From NCBI GenBank assembly GCA_002633005.1, contig NMRA01000047.1:1107104-1171103 (forward strand): DNA of 64,000 nt, read 5' to 3'. Below the pieces are notes generated by a model that saw only the letters and a list, made by a program, of their open reading frames with translations, was not told the DNA's origin and ran no database searches. Position numbers and translations under genes: made by a program. Below, one piece after another: positions 1-12,050 of the stretch; position 1 is the stretch's first letter, and each line of letters starts with the position of its first letter. Source of the stretch: Phoronis australis (taxonomy: Eukaryota; Animalia; Phoronida).

Positions 1-2902
1 TTTTAAAGCAAAGACAAATGCCAAATCTGCCTTTTTCATTGTTGAAAGGTTTCTAATTCTAATTCTAACACTATTGCCAATGCCCATAAACTTTCAAAAT
101 ATGTCTGGTGGTAGCTATGGTTACAGAGTTTGAACATGGAAAAGCATTGATTTGGTGCTACACACTTTCATAAAAATGAGAAAATTAAAGTTTACTAGTT
201 TTATCCACCGTATTGTGTCCTGACTCAGCGAGACTTTACCGTACTATTCCTTAGTATGCTAGCTGTAACCTGGTAGATTCACACCTGGTGTAGCCGGGAA
301 CACTGCGTATACGGAGATTGACTGCCATTACAAGTCAGATCAGTACTTATAGGTTATATATTCAAAAATCAGCGTTATTGTTTAAGATTTAGTTAATTCA
401 CGTGTGAGATCTACATACGAGTTGTGACACACATGTTCATATTACTAGTGCTGATCATTAACTATTATTAGTTATCGGATTATGAGCCCACATATAAACA
501 AGTTCGTGGCCAGGTCATTGTTTTGCTTTTAATCTGATGAAGCATCATTAGGACAAACAGACGTACATCACATACCACCACTAGTCGAAACCAAGAGAGC
601 AAATAGTCACAACTTTGGCCAAGATAATTGGATGTTACTGATCAGCAACCTTAAAGCTTTTGGATCCATCTTGGATCATTCGTCAGGGAACTGAGCAGGA
701 ACTGAGCAGGAGCTGAGCAGGGACTGTTCATTACATAAATATCAAGTGTTGACACCCAGTAATATGAGATGAGGCAATCTTAGACACTGGGAATTTCTAA
801 TCCACCATCTCTATTGAGACTCAATTTGCTTCGCATAATTTCTTACAGGTTCCAATAATGCCCTTCTAGGCTGCTGATAAGTAACTGTAGTGCCGTCCAC
901 GCTACGAACAAGTTACTCCTGGAACGAGTTGTCGCACTTGGGCAATTTGAAACACATGTAACGCAACTTGCCCCAATTCATTAGTCATAGTGTGGATGCA
1001 AACCTGCGGACAAGGCAGAAGTAATAATCTGATGTGCACTTGCTCAGTTACACACAGAGGGGTGAATACTTGTCACATAGTGTAGTGTGTGTAGTGTGGA
1101 TATGCATTTGACAGGGGGCAAGCTGTTGTAGGGCAAGTTGCTCTCTAGGGTAACTTGTGGTATGGACGACTTGCCACTTTTTACTTTGAGTTATCTTTCA
1201 TTTGACTTTGACTTAGTGATGCAGTGAATATGTATGCAACAACTGTCTTGTGATCTTGTTTTGGAAATAAAATTATTTTGTACCATGTGACCAAATTTTG
1301 TCACTACTTTTTGCTATCTGCGGTTTGTTTCTGAAAAAATATTTACACAAGCACACACAGGAAGTCACTGCACTGGTGTAGTTCCATTTGAAACAACAAA
1401 ATGTGCAAATGTATTAAGAAAGCACTGCGCGCTGTGCTTCAGTTAAGTACAGTTGTCGATAACGCTAGTGTACACCACAGACTAACAGTACATACCAGCA
1501 CAAAGACTGAAGATTTTTACACAAGCCTATTACAATGATTATCCCACCTTTAAAATCCTGTCCCCAGATTGATCGAATGATATCATTTGAACATCAACAA
1601 GTCTGGTCATAGCTATGAAGGCCATGCAGGGATGTTACTGCGAGTATGACATCGTTTTTTAGAAGAGCAAGAACGTTATAACTGACGTCAAGTTGATACC
1701 TTTTCATGTTCAGACTTAACGACCTACTTCACGAGCCAAGTTAATGGTGTGTGTGCAAACTAAAATGAAAATTACGACCATCGAAGCTATGACCGAACAA
1801 ACAGCCTTTTCTAAAATGTACCCTTGGTGCATGGCACAGGTCTGATGATGGATAGCGTTTGCGTGGCATAAACAGCTCTATCATTCACACTGGCTGAAAT
1901 GCAGTTGCCTGACAATAGGCACTCCAGGCAATTATCACCCCCTCATAGAATTTGCCTGCAGAATTGGAAACAAAAGCTTTCAGAAATAAAAATGAACGTA
2001 GAAAAAGACATTTTACTGAAAATAGTAGCAGATTCATTTGCTGAGTACAAACAGCAATGCTCATAAAGGATTCTTAATGTGAAAATTCTGACCTGAACCA
2101 CAAAAACAAACAAACAAAACTTAGAACAATCATTACTTGGAGCACAATTTTGAAGATGAAAAATCCAAACTTTCGTGACCGTTATTTTACCATCATATCG
2201 TCATGTTGCTAGACCCAGCAATACTGATGTAGGATATAGTCAATAACTGCATGGTATTTATAAGTTTGAAATTGGCGCACTACTAGTCACTGAACCATAT
2301 CGACTGAAGGCTCTAAACCACAAAAAATGATTATTGAATGCTGACAATTTATTGTATCTCAAATGTAGCATTTCAGAATGTGAATGCACATCAAAACATG
2401 GGCAATAGTGGGATGTAACTGCCCATATTTTGAAAACCAGTTTGATGCCCGTTATTCAGTGCAAAAAACTGGTTCTCAAAATGCGGGCACGTTATATCCA
2501 ATCAATACCCAAAACAAGTATAACAGTGTCCGTGACCTTTCTAAATCACTAAAGACGAAGCATGCTGAACAGAAATCTGCAGACGAAAGTGAAACAGACT
2601 AAATTAAGTAACCATGTTCACCGCGCTGATTTTCAGCTCATCTCCATTGATCAATTTCACCCGAGGGAGATGGGTATTTAAACAGGCAATAGCTTAAAAC
2701 TCAGATAAGACCAATGGAAATGTGATATTGCATGGAATAATTTAGCAACTGGGCGAATTCATCAAGTCTTGAAGACAGGTCAAATACAAAAGTAATTATT
2801 ATATGGTAGTCACATCTTTTTGAGGTTACAACTTATCTGAAGTATGATTAGTTTTTTCATACTAAGGCTATGGGGGGCAATATTGACATGTTCTTGGATT
2901 AA

Positions 2903-3225
2903 GCCAAATATCTACAAAACTATGTTTTCCGAAAGTAGAAAACTAAAAGAATTGGGTTTCTTTGTCAAACTGCCATCCATTCTGTCACATGACTGTGTCT
3001 TTTTAGTAAAATTTAGCAAATAAGAAAGGTACATTGACAGCAAAACGAAGGTATCAATTACACGATCAAATTTTATTTGATAAAAATGTCCAAAATGAGA
3101 TCCACAAAATGGCATTACAATTTTCTAAAATATTTTGTTTTCATTTTATGCAATGTTTTTTCATGAAACTCATAAAAGTCCTATTTTTGATAGCCCTAAT
3201 ACAAAAGTGGAACATTTTAAATACA
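2903..3225 (+). repeat. Dispersed repeat family R1 (other copies about 4722-5625 split by the LTR, 46501-46800 and 55717-56075)
   Basis: Shared blocks CCAAATATCTACAAAACTA, TTTTCTGAAAGTAGA, AAATTTTATTTGAT and TTTTGATAGCCC. Confidence 0.75.
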
Positions 3226-3810
3226 ATAATATATTCCTAACGACTGAGAACATGTAATAATCTATTTATACCACATACTGAACGAGAAACTTTGCAATGA
3301 ATCGATCTACCTTTCTCGAATTGCTGCGGCTTTGTAACTACTTTCTATGTCAGATGCCCGGGGTTGGAGGTCGCTACCTTTTAAGAAAAGCCTAGCTATT
3401 TTTGTCAAATAATGCTTTTACTCTAAACCAATAGAAAAATAAAACAAAATAGAAATAAAGTGAATCTATAAATTAAGGTTTAGCAACTATTATAGCTTAC
3501 TACACATTTTATCACGCTAAGCTTCAACCGGGAAAATATCGTCTGCTAAAGTAGGTTACCACTGGCTACTGGCTATAAGGCTCAAGTCAAAGGATCCCGA
3601 CGACACCATACCCGCATTCAAATTGGAGATCAGTGATTTACAAGTGAGAGACCACGAGAGAAAAATTTCATTGAATTAAAATATCGTTTTTATGGAAATT
3701 ATGCGTCTTATTTTTCATAGCGTATAAATGTCGGTGCAATGCCCTTTGCTGAACATGCGATTGTTGCGCGTGCTCATTTAAGTATTCTATTTTCACGTTC
3801 GATGACGTCA

Positions 3811-3892
3811 GCCGCTGAAAGGTGTAGTGGTAAAGTCGGCGACTCGAAACTCTTGAGGCCCGGGTTCGAATCCGGCCTCCGTTTCCCGCCAA
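3811..3892 (+). other. tRNA-like sequence (SINE head or pseudo-tRNA)
   Basis: A-box TGTAGTGGTAA and B-box/T-arm CCGGGTTCGAATCCGG are present, but the acceptor and anticodon stems do not pair well. Confidence 0.55.
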
Positions 3893-4738
3893 AATGTTAT
3901 CTCATTAGCGAGATAACTTTATGGATTATTACATGGTTGTATCTCCCATTCGAGGCTAATATTGTGGTATAAATCATAGTATCTGAAAGTAAATTCATGT
4001 GAATCCGATTGGCCATTCCTGCAATCAATATGATGTTCAGAAGTCAGCTAAATTTGAACGTTCAACTGGAGTCCCACATAACCTTAAAAGCATCTTTTTT
4101 GTGAACTTAACATGTGCAGTTGAACAATTTATACTTCCTAAATCAAGTCTTTTATTATTAACAATTAATTTAAAAACTGCAGGTTCAACAGTTACAACAC
4201 AGACCAATTAGGTGTTAGGGCAGAATCAAAATCCAAAGTTTTTTTACTTCAAAACTTTCGAAATAGCATCACATCCCCGCAATACAGTTGCCACTAAGCC
4301 CACAGTGTCGCGCATCGTCACAGTCCTAAGAACAAAGAAATTCCATTAGTAGTAAAGTGCCCTCGGCAATAAGCCATCACAGCACTATGTTTCCACAGGG
4401 CAAGAGCAAGGCGATATCGGTATTACATTCATGCAACCTCCATATTAACATTACCACCCCCAGAAAACATGAGAATATTCAAACAATTCTTTCAAAAATA
4501 TAATAAAAGCTTCGACTTTGTTTAAAGCCCCACAATTACACAACATGAATCTATGGACCCAATGGAGTTCCTTGATTGTTTCAAATGAGAGACTCACCAT
4601 TGCTACCATACTCAATTTATTGTAGTGTAAAATTTGCCATTTCATCAGGGCCCAATTAGCTTTGGCAGTGTTTGTGGGACTTTAAGGTAATGCAGGACCT
4701 TACGGACAAGTCTTTGTACATAGCCAAATACTTACAAA

Positions 4739-5378
4739 TGTAACAGGAGTGCCCTGGACATGATTATGTAAGATATATGCGCCCTCTAGTGGTCAAGCGG
4801 TGTATTACGTATGGAATTTTCCTATGATGTTGAGTCCTTTGGACATGGCCAAATATGGTCAGAAGCTAGGAGCTATGGGCCTTGCCCTTCAGATCGTGTC
4901 TGATTGGTTGAAATTGTGTACTTAAGCTTTGTCTCTGTCAGACATGAGGAGTCCAGTCACAGAGTTCAAGAAGCAAACATGTACACCTTCACTCACACCA
5001 AATTGCAACTGTTTGTGCAGCTTTCGGGCTCCTCCCGAACTTGGTTGCCAATAGTTTAGCCCCAGCAATTCTCGGGCTCCTCCCGAGCTTGATTGCATCT
5101 CACCTTTCGGATCTGAATAACCAAATTGCCCCGTTCTTGCACACACAACTATTAATCAGCGACTGGCTTGCCCGTGTATCAGAACTGTATAAATCACAAC
5201 GCTGCGATACTAAATCATGGAACAACTGGATTGCTTGTAAGTGTGAGATATTGTAGTTATATATTCTTACAATAAACCTATGTATCATTCACCAACTTTT
5301 AGTTTTCAACATCACCCTCAGTCCGCACCGGGCTCGTAAAATCGGGGCACCTTGGTCGTAGATACCGCCCCCGTTACA
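4739..5378 (+). mobile_element. Solo LTR, probably Gypsy-type
   Basis: TGTAAC...GTTACA termini, a 4-bp target site duplication CAAA on both sides, TATAAAT at 5188 and AATAAA at 5271. It interrupts a copy of a dispersed repeat. Confidence 0.8.
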
Positions 5379-7534
5379 CAAAAGTATATATTTTCTGAAA
5401 GTAGACGAGCTGAAAATTTTATTTTTGACTTTTTACTAAAGCCATTAATTGGGTCACATGAGCATGTATTTTCAGTTAAACAGAACATATTAAATGTATA
5501 TTGAAAGCAAAACAGCATTATCAGTTACATGAGCAAATTTTATTAGATGTAAATATTAAAGACAAGATCTCAAAATTGCTGTTACAGTTTTCTAGAAAAT
5601 CATTTCGTATTCATTTTATGCAGCCTTCTTTCTAGTGTTCTACATATTAATCTTAATTAAGGTTAATACCCGACACTGGTTATTTCACAAGTCATTTGTA
5701 GAAAATAACATTTGCGCCAGTATTTCATTGTCAGAACCTTGCCATGCTATAAGCCTCAGGTTTTTGACTCGAGGGAATTAAAGACAGTCCGACTATGCAA
5801 ATAGCACTGTACGTAGTGCTGTCCATACTAAAGGTAACCTTAGAATAATTTACTCCTGACCATAAACTTGCGATCACTAAGATTTAGTGGTTCTGTGGAT
5901 GTTGTTTATGCTGGGGCAACTAAACACATGTGTGACAACTTATCCTACCTTATCAAGGTAGGTTAACTTTTCTAGGGTACGTAACTTGTCCCAGCTGTTC
6001 TATGGTAACTCGCAACATTAAATATAATGTTGGCAGGGTAACATTCAGTGCAGCAAACAAATGCTAGCTCCATGGTTGCTTCTCAAACGAAACAGTACGG
6101 TAACAAAACTTCCCCAAAATGCCACTACTTCCCCTACCATCAATCAATCAATGCGCCGTCGAAAGTAACTGCCACAGAACGAGATGGGATGCATTTGGAA
6201 TTAACCTGGCCATCCAAAGAGTCTCAGTAGATTCCCTGTACGACTGATAAGTTGGCAACACTTGACTAGAATATGAAGTTATTGATTAGCCGATGAACTG
6301 GTAAAATGCCAAGAAATGAGTTGCTAGTCATTTTTTCAAATTCTGAAAAGACTAAATAGACACTTGGAAGCCTAACGATGTTGTTTTAATTACACTGTCT
6401 GAGTAAAAATGCAATGCTCTGAAGTGCCACTGGACTCTTCTGTATCATAACATAACAGTGCCACCTTTTGGTGGCTCGTCAATTTCCAACTGCACAGTTA
6501 CACAACACAATCCCAGATATGAACAGCGCCACCCTGTGGTAAGCAGTGTCAGCTACTTTAGCTGAATTTGATCAAGCATGAGGTATTTTTCAACCTCTGT
6601 GGAGTTCTTTCACGTTTTATCATAAAATTTTAACTGACTTTCAATTCTTATCTTCTAAATCTCCATTAATTCATGTCTTAAAGCATCATTCATAATCACG
6701 TGACCACCATTTTTGATAAAATTGTATGCATTGTTTTGAGCACAAATTCCTAAAAAACCTTAGCTGCAGCTAACAATGTTTGAGCATATCCGATACATTC
6801 TGGTCAACGCCCTGGGCCTTAAATTGGTAAGTGCGGAGGAGGAGCGCTTACCCAAAGATGGGCTTCTTTGAAACTGAAGTCAAGTCAAAGCCCTCCAACT
6901 GACACGTCTACTCAAGTAGCTATGTATGCAGCATGAAATAGAGAAAATACACGGTGAAAAAATACTTTTTAGGACTGATCTGCCTGAATGGCTTGTTCAT
7001 AGCACGTGCAGCGCACTCAAGTGGGCTAAAATAAAGACGTCTGCCACGTGAGCTCAGTGCAGAACCTTGATTAAGGTAGACTAAAAAGACTGAATAATTC
7101 TGGCTACGCTTTAATTAGGATGTGCACATTAGAGAACCATTAAGCTTGCCAGTGGGGATTATTCATGCTTGATCAATTTAATCTCCTAAATCACAACAAT
7201 CCTATTTTTAGAAAGCCTTCTCACATATTGCGGTAATGGAAGAATGGTGGCAGAGTCACAGGCAACAGGATCTTCAAAGTAACAAGGGTTGTTACAAGTT
7301 GCCTCCAGCATTTGTCACAGGGTATCCAAACTGCCCCCGCTGCTTAGGGATGCCCCCCAGGGTGAAAGGCCACCCCATCCCCACAGCTAGGCTACTGCCG
7401 ATGCCTCAGAACGTGTGAATTTTTAAGGTTATAATATTTTTAAATGGTAATGGGTGTGCAGCATTCATTCAGAGTGCACTTTTGTTTCTGTCCACAACAA
7501 TAACAGATTCATTTCATGAAATGATAATGCTGCT

Positions 7535-10168
7535 GTGACCTTGAAAATGATATCAAGGTCACCAAATACCGGTAATGCCTGGAGATGGCCCACCTATACC
7601 TTGGTGCAAAATATTCACAACAAATACTGCACACAAACAACATTTTCCAATTCAAAACTTGATTTTCTCATGACCAAGGTCTCCAAAATGGACTGGTTCC
7701 TAGAGATGCCTCACCTACACCTCAATACATAACACGAATAAAAAAGCTTTCTTCTTAAGAAATTGTGCCAACAACATTTTTTTTAGATACAGTGTGCTTC
7801 TCATGGTGTTTTTAGTATCATAAAATTGGCCACTAGATGGCGCAGAATAAATCAAACTTGCCCGAAAATGGGAAAGGGTCGTTGTCTCTCTATTACAAAA
7901 ACATTTGTAAAATTTCATGAAAATTCAACTAGGAGCTCCAAAGATACAAAGACATTATGTTAAAGAAACAAAATTGAAATTAGAAGGCACATGGGCAGTC
8001 ATATCCATCCATCTATTGTCAAGTAAATAGGAATAGACTTGCCAAAAACATGGTCTTGCAGAGGCAAGGTAGATACAGTCGCAGATGGGGATATAATGTC
8101 ACTAGGGGGCACCACACTAGTTGAACCCATCCACGCCAGTTATACTCATGTCAGAAGGAACACATCACACAATTTTCACAACGATCCTCAGAGCGGTTTG
8201 GCAGATGCGGAAGTAGACGGCAAACAGCAGACTCAAAAGTAATTGTCATGGCCACTAGGTGATGCAGAATACGGTGAATCCATCACAAACTGGAAAGGTG
8301 CTATCATATTCACAATTGAAAATTTCTTGCAAAATTTCAAAATATTCACCAAGGAACATACATAGAAGATATATAGACAAAGGTAAAAAATAAATTGCTA
8401 CTGCAGGCACGACAGTAGTCAGAACCATCTAAAAAGTCATGGGCAGCTATTGTCACATCTATAGGGAAAAATGGAGAAGTTCACAAACATCATGCGAAAA
8501 CATCAGGACCTACAGCCATGATTGCAAAAAAATACAAAATCACCACTAAGGGATGCCACAGGTGTCAGGTCCGTCAAAAATCAATGTCAGCCATAGTGTG
8601 CTCATCAGGAACACAACTGCTATGACTCATAACAATCCTTTAAGCAGTTTGGCGGATAAAGAGGCAGATACTAAAATACGAGCTCAAAATCATAAAAATG
8701 GCCACTAAGTGGTGCAAATCATGTTGAATCTGTCCGAAAATGGAAAGGCATAGTTGTCACCTTAACAGAAATCTATTTGCCATGTTTAAGAACAATTCAT
8801 CAACGAACTCCAAAGATACAGAGGCAAACAAAAAACAGCCACTGGGGGACACACCTGTGGTCAGACTGGTCTGAAACTTGTCGTCCTCTCTTATCATTTC
8901 TAAAGGAACATATCAGCCACATTTCACAAAGATCCTCAAAGAGTTAAGGAGATACAGCCATGGACGCAAAAAATGCCACTAGGGATCCCCATTTAGTAAC
9001 CAAACCCGTCCGAAAATCACAGTCGGCTGCGGTCTTCTGATCAGGAAAACAATCTGCAAATTTTGATAATGATCCTTTCAGCAATTTGGCAGATTGGAAG
9101 GTGACCATCAAAAATGTACTCACACATTTTTAAATTGCCACCAAGTGGTGCAAAATACGTCAGATCCGTTTGAAAATAGGAAGGCACCATCTTCTCTTTA
9201 ATAGAAACCTATTTTCAAATTTTCCTGAAAATCCATCAAGGAACTCGTAAGACAAGAGGCAAACGAAAAAATAAAAAAACTGCCACTAGGAGGCACACCT
9301 GTAATCGGACTGGTCTTAAACTCATCATCATTCGTTATCATCTTCACAGGAACATATTTGCCACATTTCACAAAGTTCCTAGGAAGAGTTAAGGAAATAC
9401 AGCCACAGTACTCGAGCCTATCCAAAAATCAGTGACAGCCGCGGTCTCATCAGCAGCACATATATAGGCCTTTTGCTGAATTTTGTGAAAATCCGTCAAG
9501 GAAGATACTGAGGCAAACATAAAAAATAAAACTGCCACTAGGGGCAAAGTGGTAGTTGAATCGGTCCAAAACTCGTAGCTGTCTGTCATCATCTTGGTAG
9601 GAAATTAAATGATTCAGTTTTTGACCACAATAAGATTAAAAACCGGACGATTGCCGCACAAATAAAAAAGTTCATGTTCAATTCAACATTTCGTCTTTTC
9701 ATTAGACATCATCAGGATCATATTTACAACAATTTAGGACAACAAGTGCCAACATACAGCTCAGGTAACATCCATAGAGAGAACACATCTGCCAAATCTT
9801 ACTATGATGCTGCAAGAGGTTTAGGAGACACAGCCATGGACGCCAGACACCAGACGCCCAGACACCCAGACAGAGATGACGGCAATATGCACCCACATAT
9901 AAATATATGGGTGCATAAATCCTGATTTTCTCTCTGTGACCTTAGAAATGACCTTAAAAATTATGTCACCGTCACCAAAATCGACTGAAACCTGCAGGTA
10001 CCCCCCCCTTCACCTCAGTACAAAATACAAGCAAAATCGAAAGCTTTGTTCCTCAAATACTGAGCCAAAATTGTGTGATGTACGGACACTGGGATATACA
10101 TATGGACGGACGGACAGTCGTGAATATTATGTTCCCCGCTTTGTGCTAACACATGGCGGGGGACAAAT
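7535..10168 (-). mobile_element. Second Helentron/DINE-1-like family (TGACCTTG units), split by the inserted 7790-9919 element
   Basis: TGACCTTGAAAATGA/CAAGGTCACCAAA units at 7535-7780 resume at 9920-10100, followed by (GGAC)n and the hairpin TGTTCCCCGC...GCGGGGGACA. Confidence 0.65.
7790..9919 (-). mobile_element. Helentron/DINE-1-like non-autonomous element with ~145-bp internal tandem units (copy 1; left boundary approximate)
   Basis: Terminal hairpin ATGCACCCA...TGGGTGCAT at about 9888-9916, an adjacent (CAGAC)-type microsatellite, and diverged tandem units each containing GCCACTAG. Confidence 0.7.
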
Positions 10169-10634
10169 ACAGCGTTTTTAACTAATCAGTACAGAAAGTA
10201 GTAAAATATGCAATATGGAACCACATTTTACCACCAAAACTTTATTGAAAACCAACCAACCAATGAGAAAACGGAAACAACCACAACAAAACTCAAGCTT
10301 TTGTCGCTCTGGAGAAAACCTCTAAACCAACAGCCAAAGACGATGGCAACATGCTGTAAAATCATCTAGCTCATCACCATTTTGATCGCTTCAAGCTCAA
10401 TGACTCATAAATCTGATGCTTTTCAATTGCAGTTACTATTTCTTGGTTACAGTCCAACACATACACAAATGTGATACATAAATTCAGCCAAATGATCTAA
10501 AGCTATACAAAACATTGTAATTTACCTCTGCATTGAAAACGACTTTCTATTGAGGCTCAGTGAGTACAAATTCATTTCCAATAAGGATAGTCAATCTTTT
10601 CTCATACACACGCGCACACACAAACAAAGCCTAC

Positions 10635-10895
10635 CTTTCTGTGGCGCCACCTTGTGCTGGTGGATGTGATCCATAGAGCCCAGACCCCCGCTGAACATGA
10701 TTGGTTTGATCCACTCGCGTCGCTCACCATCGGCCATCTTCATGCCGAAAGATCGCGCGAACCCTGCCAAGACAGGCTCACCAAACTTATTGCCATAGTC
10801 CGACGCCCCACTGCTGGCCTCAATAGCAATCTCAAGGGGTGAGGCAAAGTTTGGAGGATGAGGTAGGGACAGGTCATCCCATGGCTGTAGGAAAC
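10635..10895 (-). CDS. PFAS: PFAS coding exon 8 (FLQPW...IEASSGASDYGNKFGEP...IKPIMFSGG); last PFAS exon found in the window
   Basis: ASDYGNKFGEP and KPIMFSGG motifs, acceptor ttgtag, donor AAG|gtaggc. Confidence 0.96.
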
Positions 10896-11679
10896 CTACA
10901 AGATGCAAGTAATAAATCGCTGAGAAGTATTTCATTGAATGTGAATGATTTCGGGTTAGTTTCCTGAAAGCAACAGGAACTTGAAACAGAAGTCATGGCC
11001 ATAACCCCAAACACATGGAAATTTCTTTGATGTAGTTCTCTGGGGCAGTATTTTAGAGAATATAAAATACACACTGTTCAAAAGAACAAAACGCAACAAT
11101 TTGAATTCTTTCAAATCCTGCAAAGTTCTCGCAACCGGTTCCTAATCTATTTTTCTGCACACAATCTTCTTTGGGACAGCCTTATTTTCTATACTTATCA
11201 AGAGAGAGGTCACATGAGCTGCAGACTGACAGTACTAATTGCAATACTACTACAACAGTTGTCTGAGAATTCACCGGAAAATCAGCTACCTTGTAGACAG
11301 TCTCAGAGCACACGCACGAAACAAGGTAAAACCAAACAGAAAATGGTGTAGAAACATTGAGGTACAGTATATACCAAAAGTATTCAGACAAAATGACTCC
11401 ATTAAGATGGCCGGGCGAAGGCGAATTTATCGTTAGTGTAGCCTTCCCTAACGACCAAGAATGAATGGGAATTAACCAGAAAGTTAGAAACATGGCTAGG
11501 TCATTACAGTTTTTCTGAGGCAATGGTTATTACTAGCCATTTTTGCTGTTAAAAGACTTTGCCGTCTTGGCGGAGAAACAGTATTTTGTCTGATCACTTT
11601 TGTCTTCTACTGTAACTCCTGAAACGGGTCAAGTAACATTACATTGCTAAAAATGTGAACGGCAGTTAATTTACAGCAC

Positions 11680-11808
11680 CTGGAATGTTTAAGTTGCCAA
11701 AGCAGTAGCCAGCTGTCCCCGCGACAACATGGGCCCCAATACCGGTCGCCTGGACGTCACGGATACGGCCACCCGTACCTGTAGTTGCGCCTGGGAATGG
11801 GGCGACAC
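11680..11808 (-). CDS. PFAS: PFAS coding exon 7 ([43 protein letters not shown]); not in the supplied ORF track
   Basis: Hand translation gives the [12 protein letters not shown] PurL motif. Acceptor acaccag, donor gtgctg, phase 1 to 1. Confidence 0.96.
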
Positions 11809-12050
11809 CTGGTGTGGAAAGATCAAAAGAACATCAGAGCTTCAGACGTCAGTAAATTGGGACAAAAATTGACCTTTTTTATTTTTAAAAGGCTTATTGC
11901 ATTGCTGCAGAAGCTCCAAATTTCATGAAATCTTGTTTAGTGACAAGCATGTTATCAATAAAGTCAAATTTTCTTAAATAATTTTAGAGCGAAAGTTGAC
12001 AAATGAAATCACTTATCTGGAATAAAGTGTGCCAAACTGAAGAATTATAA

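Noticed and set aside
3811-3892. Functional tRNA gene
   Set aside because: The acceptor and anticodon stems do not form, and there is no clean oligo-T terminator directly after it.
6206-6235. 30-nt in-frame PFAS microexon (GNLLRLFGWP)
   Set aside because: The polypyrimidine tract is weak and the peptide has no PFAS similarity. AG...GT pairs like this are expected by chance.
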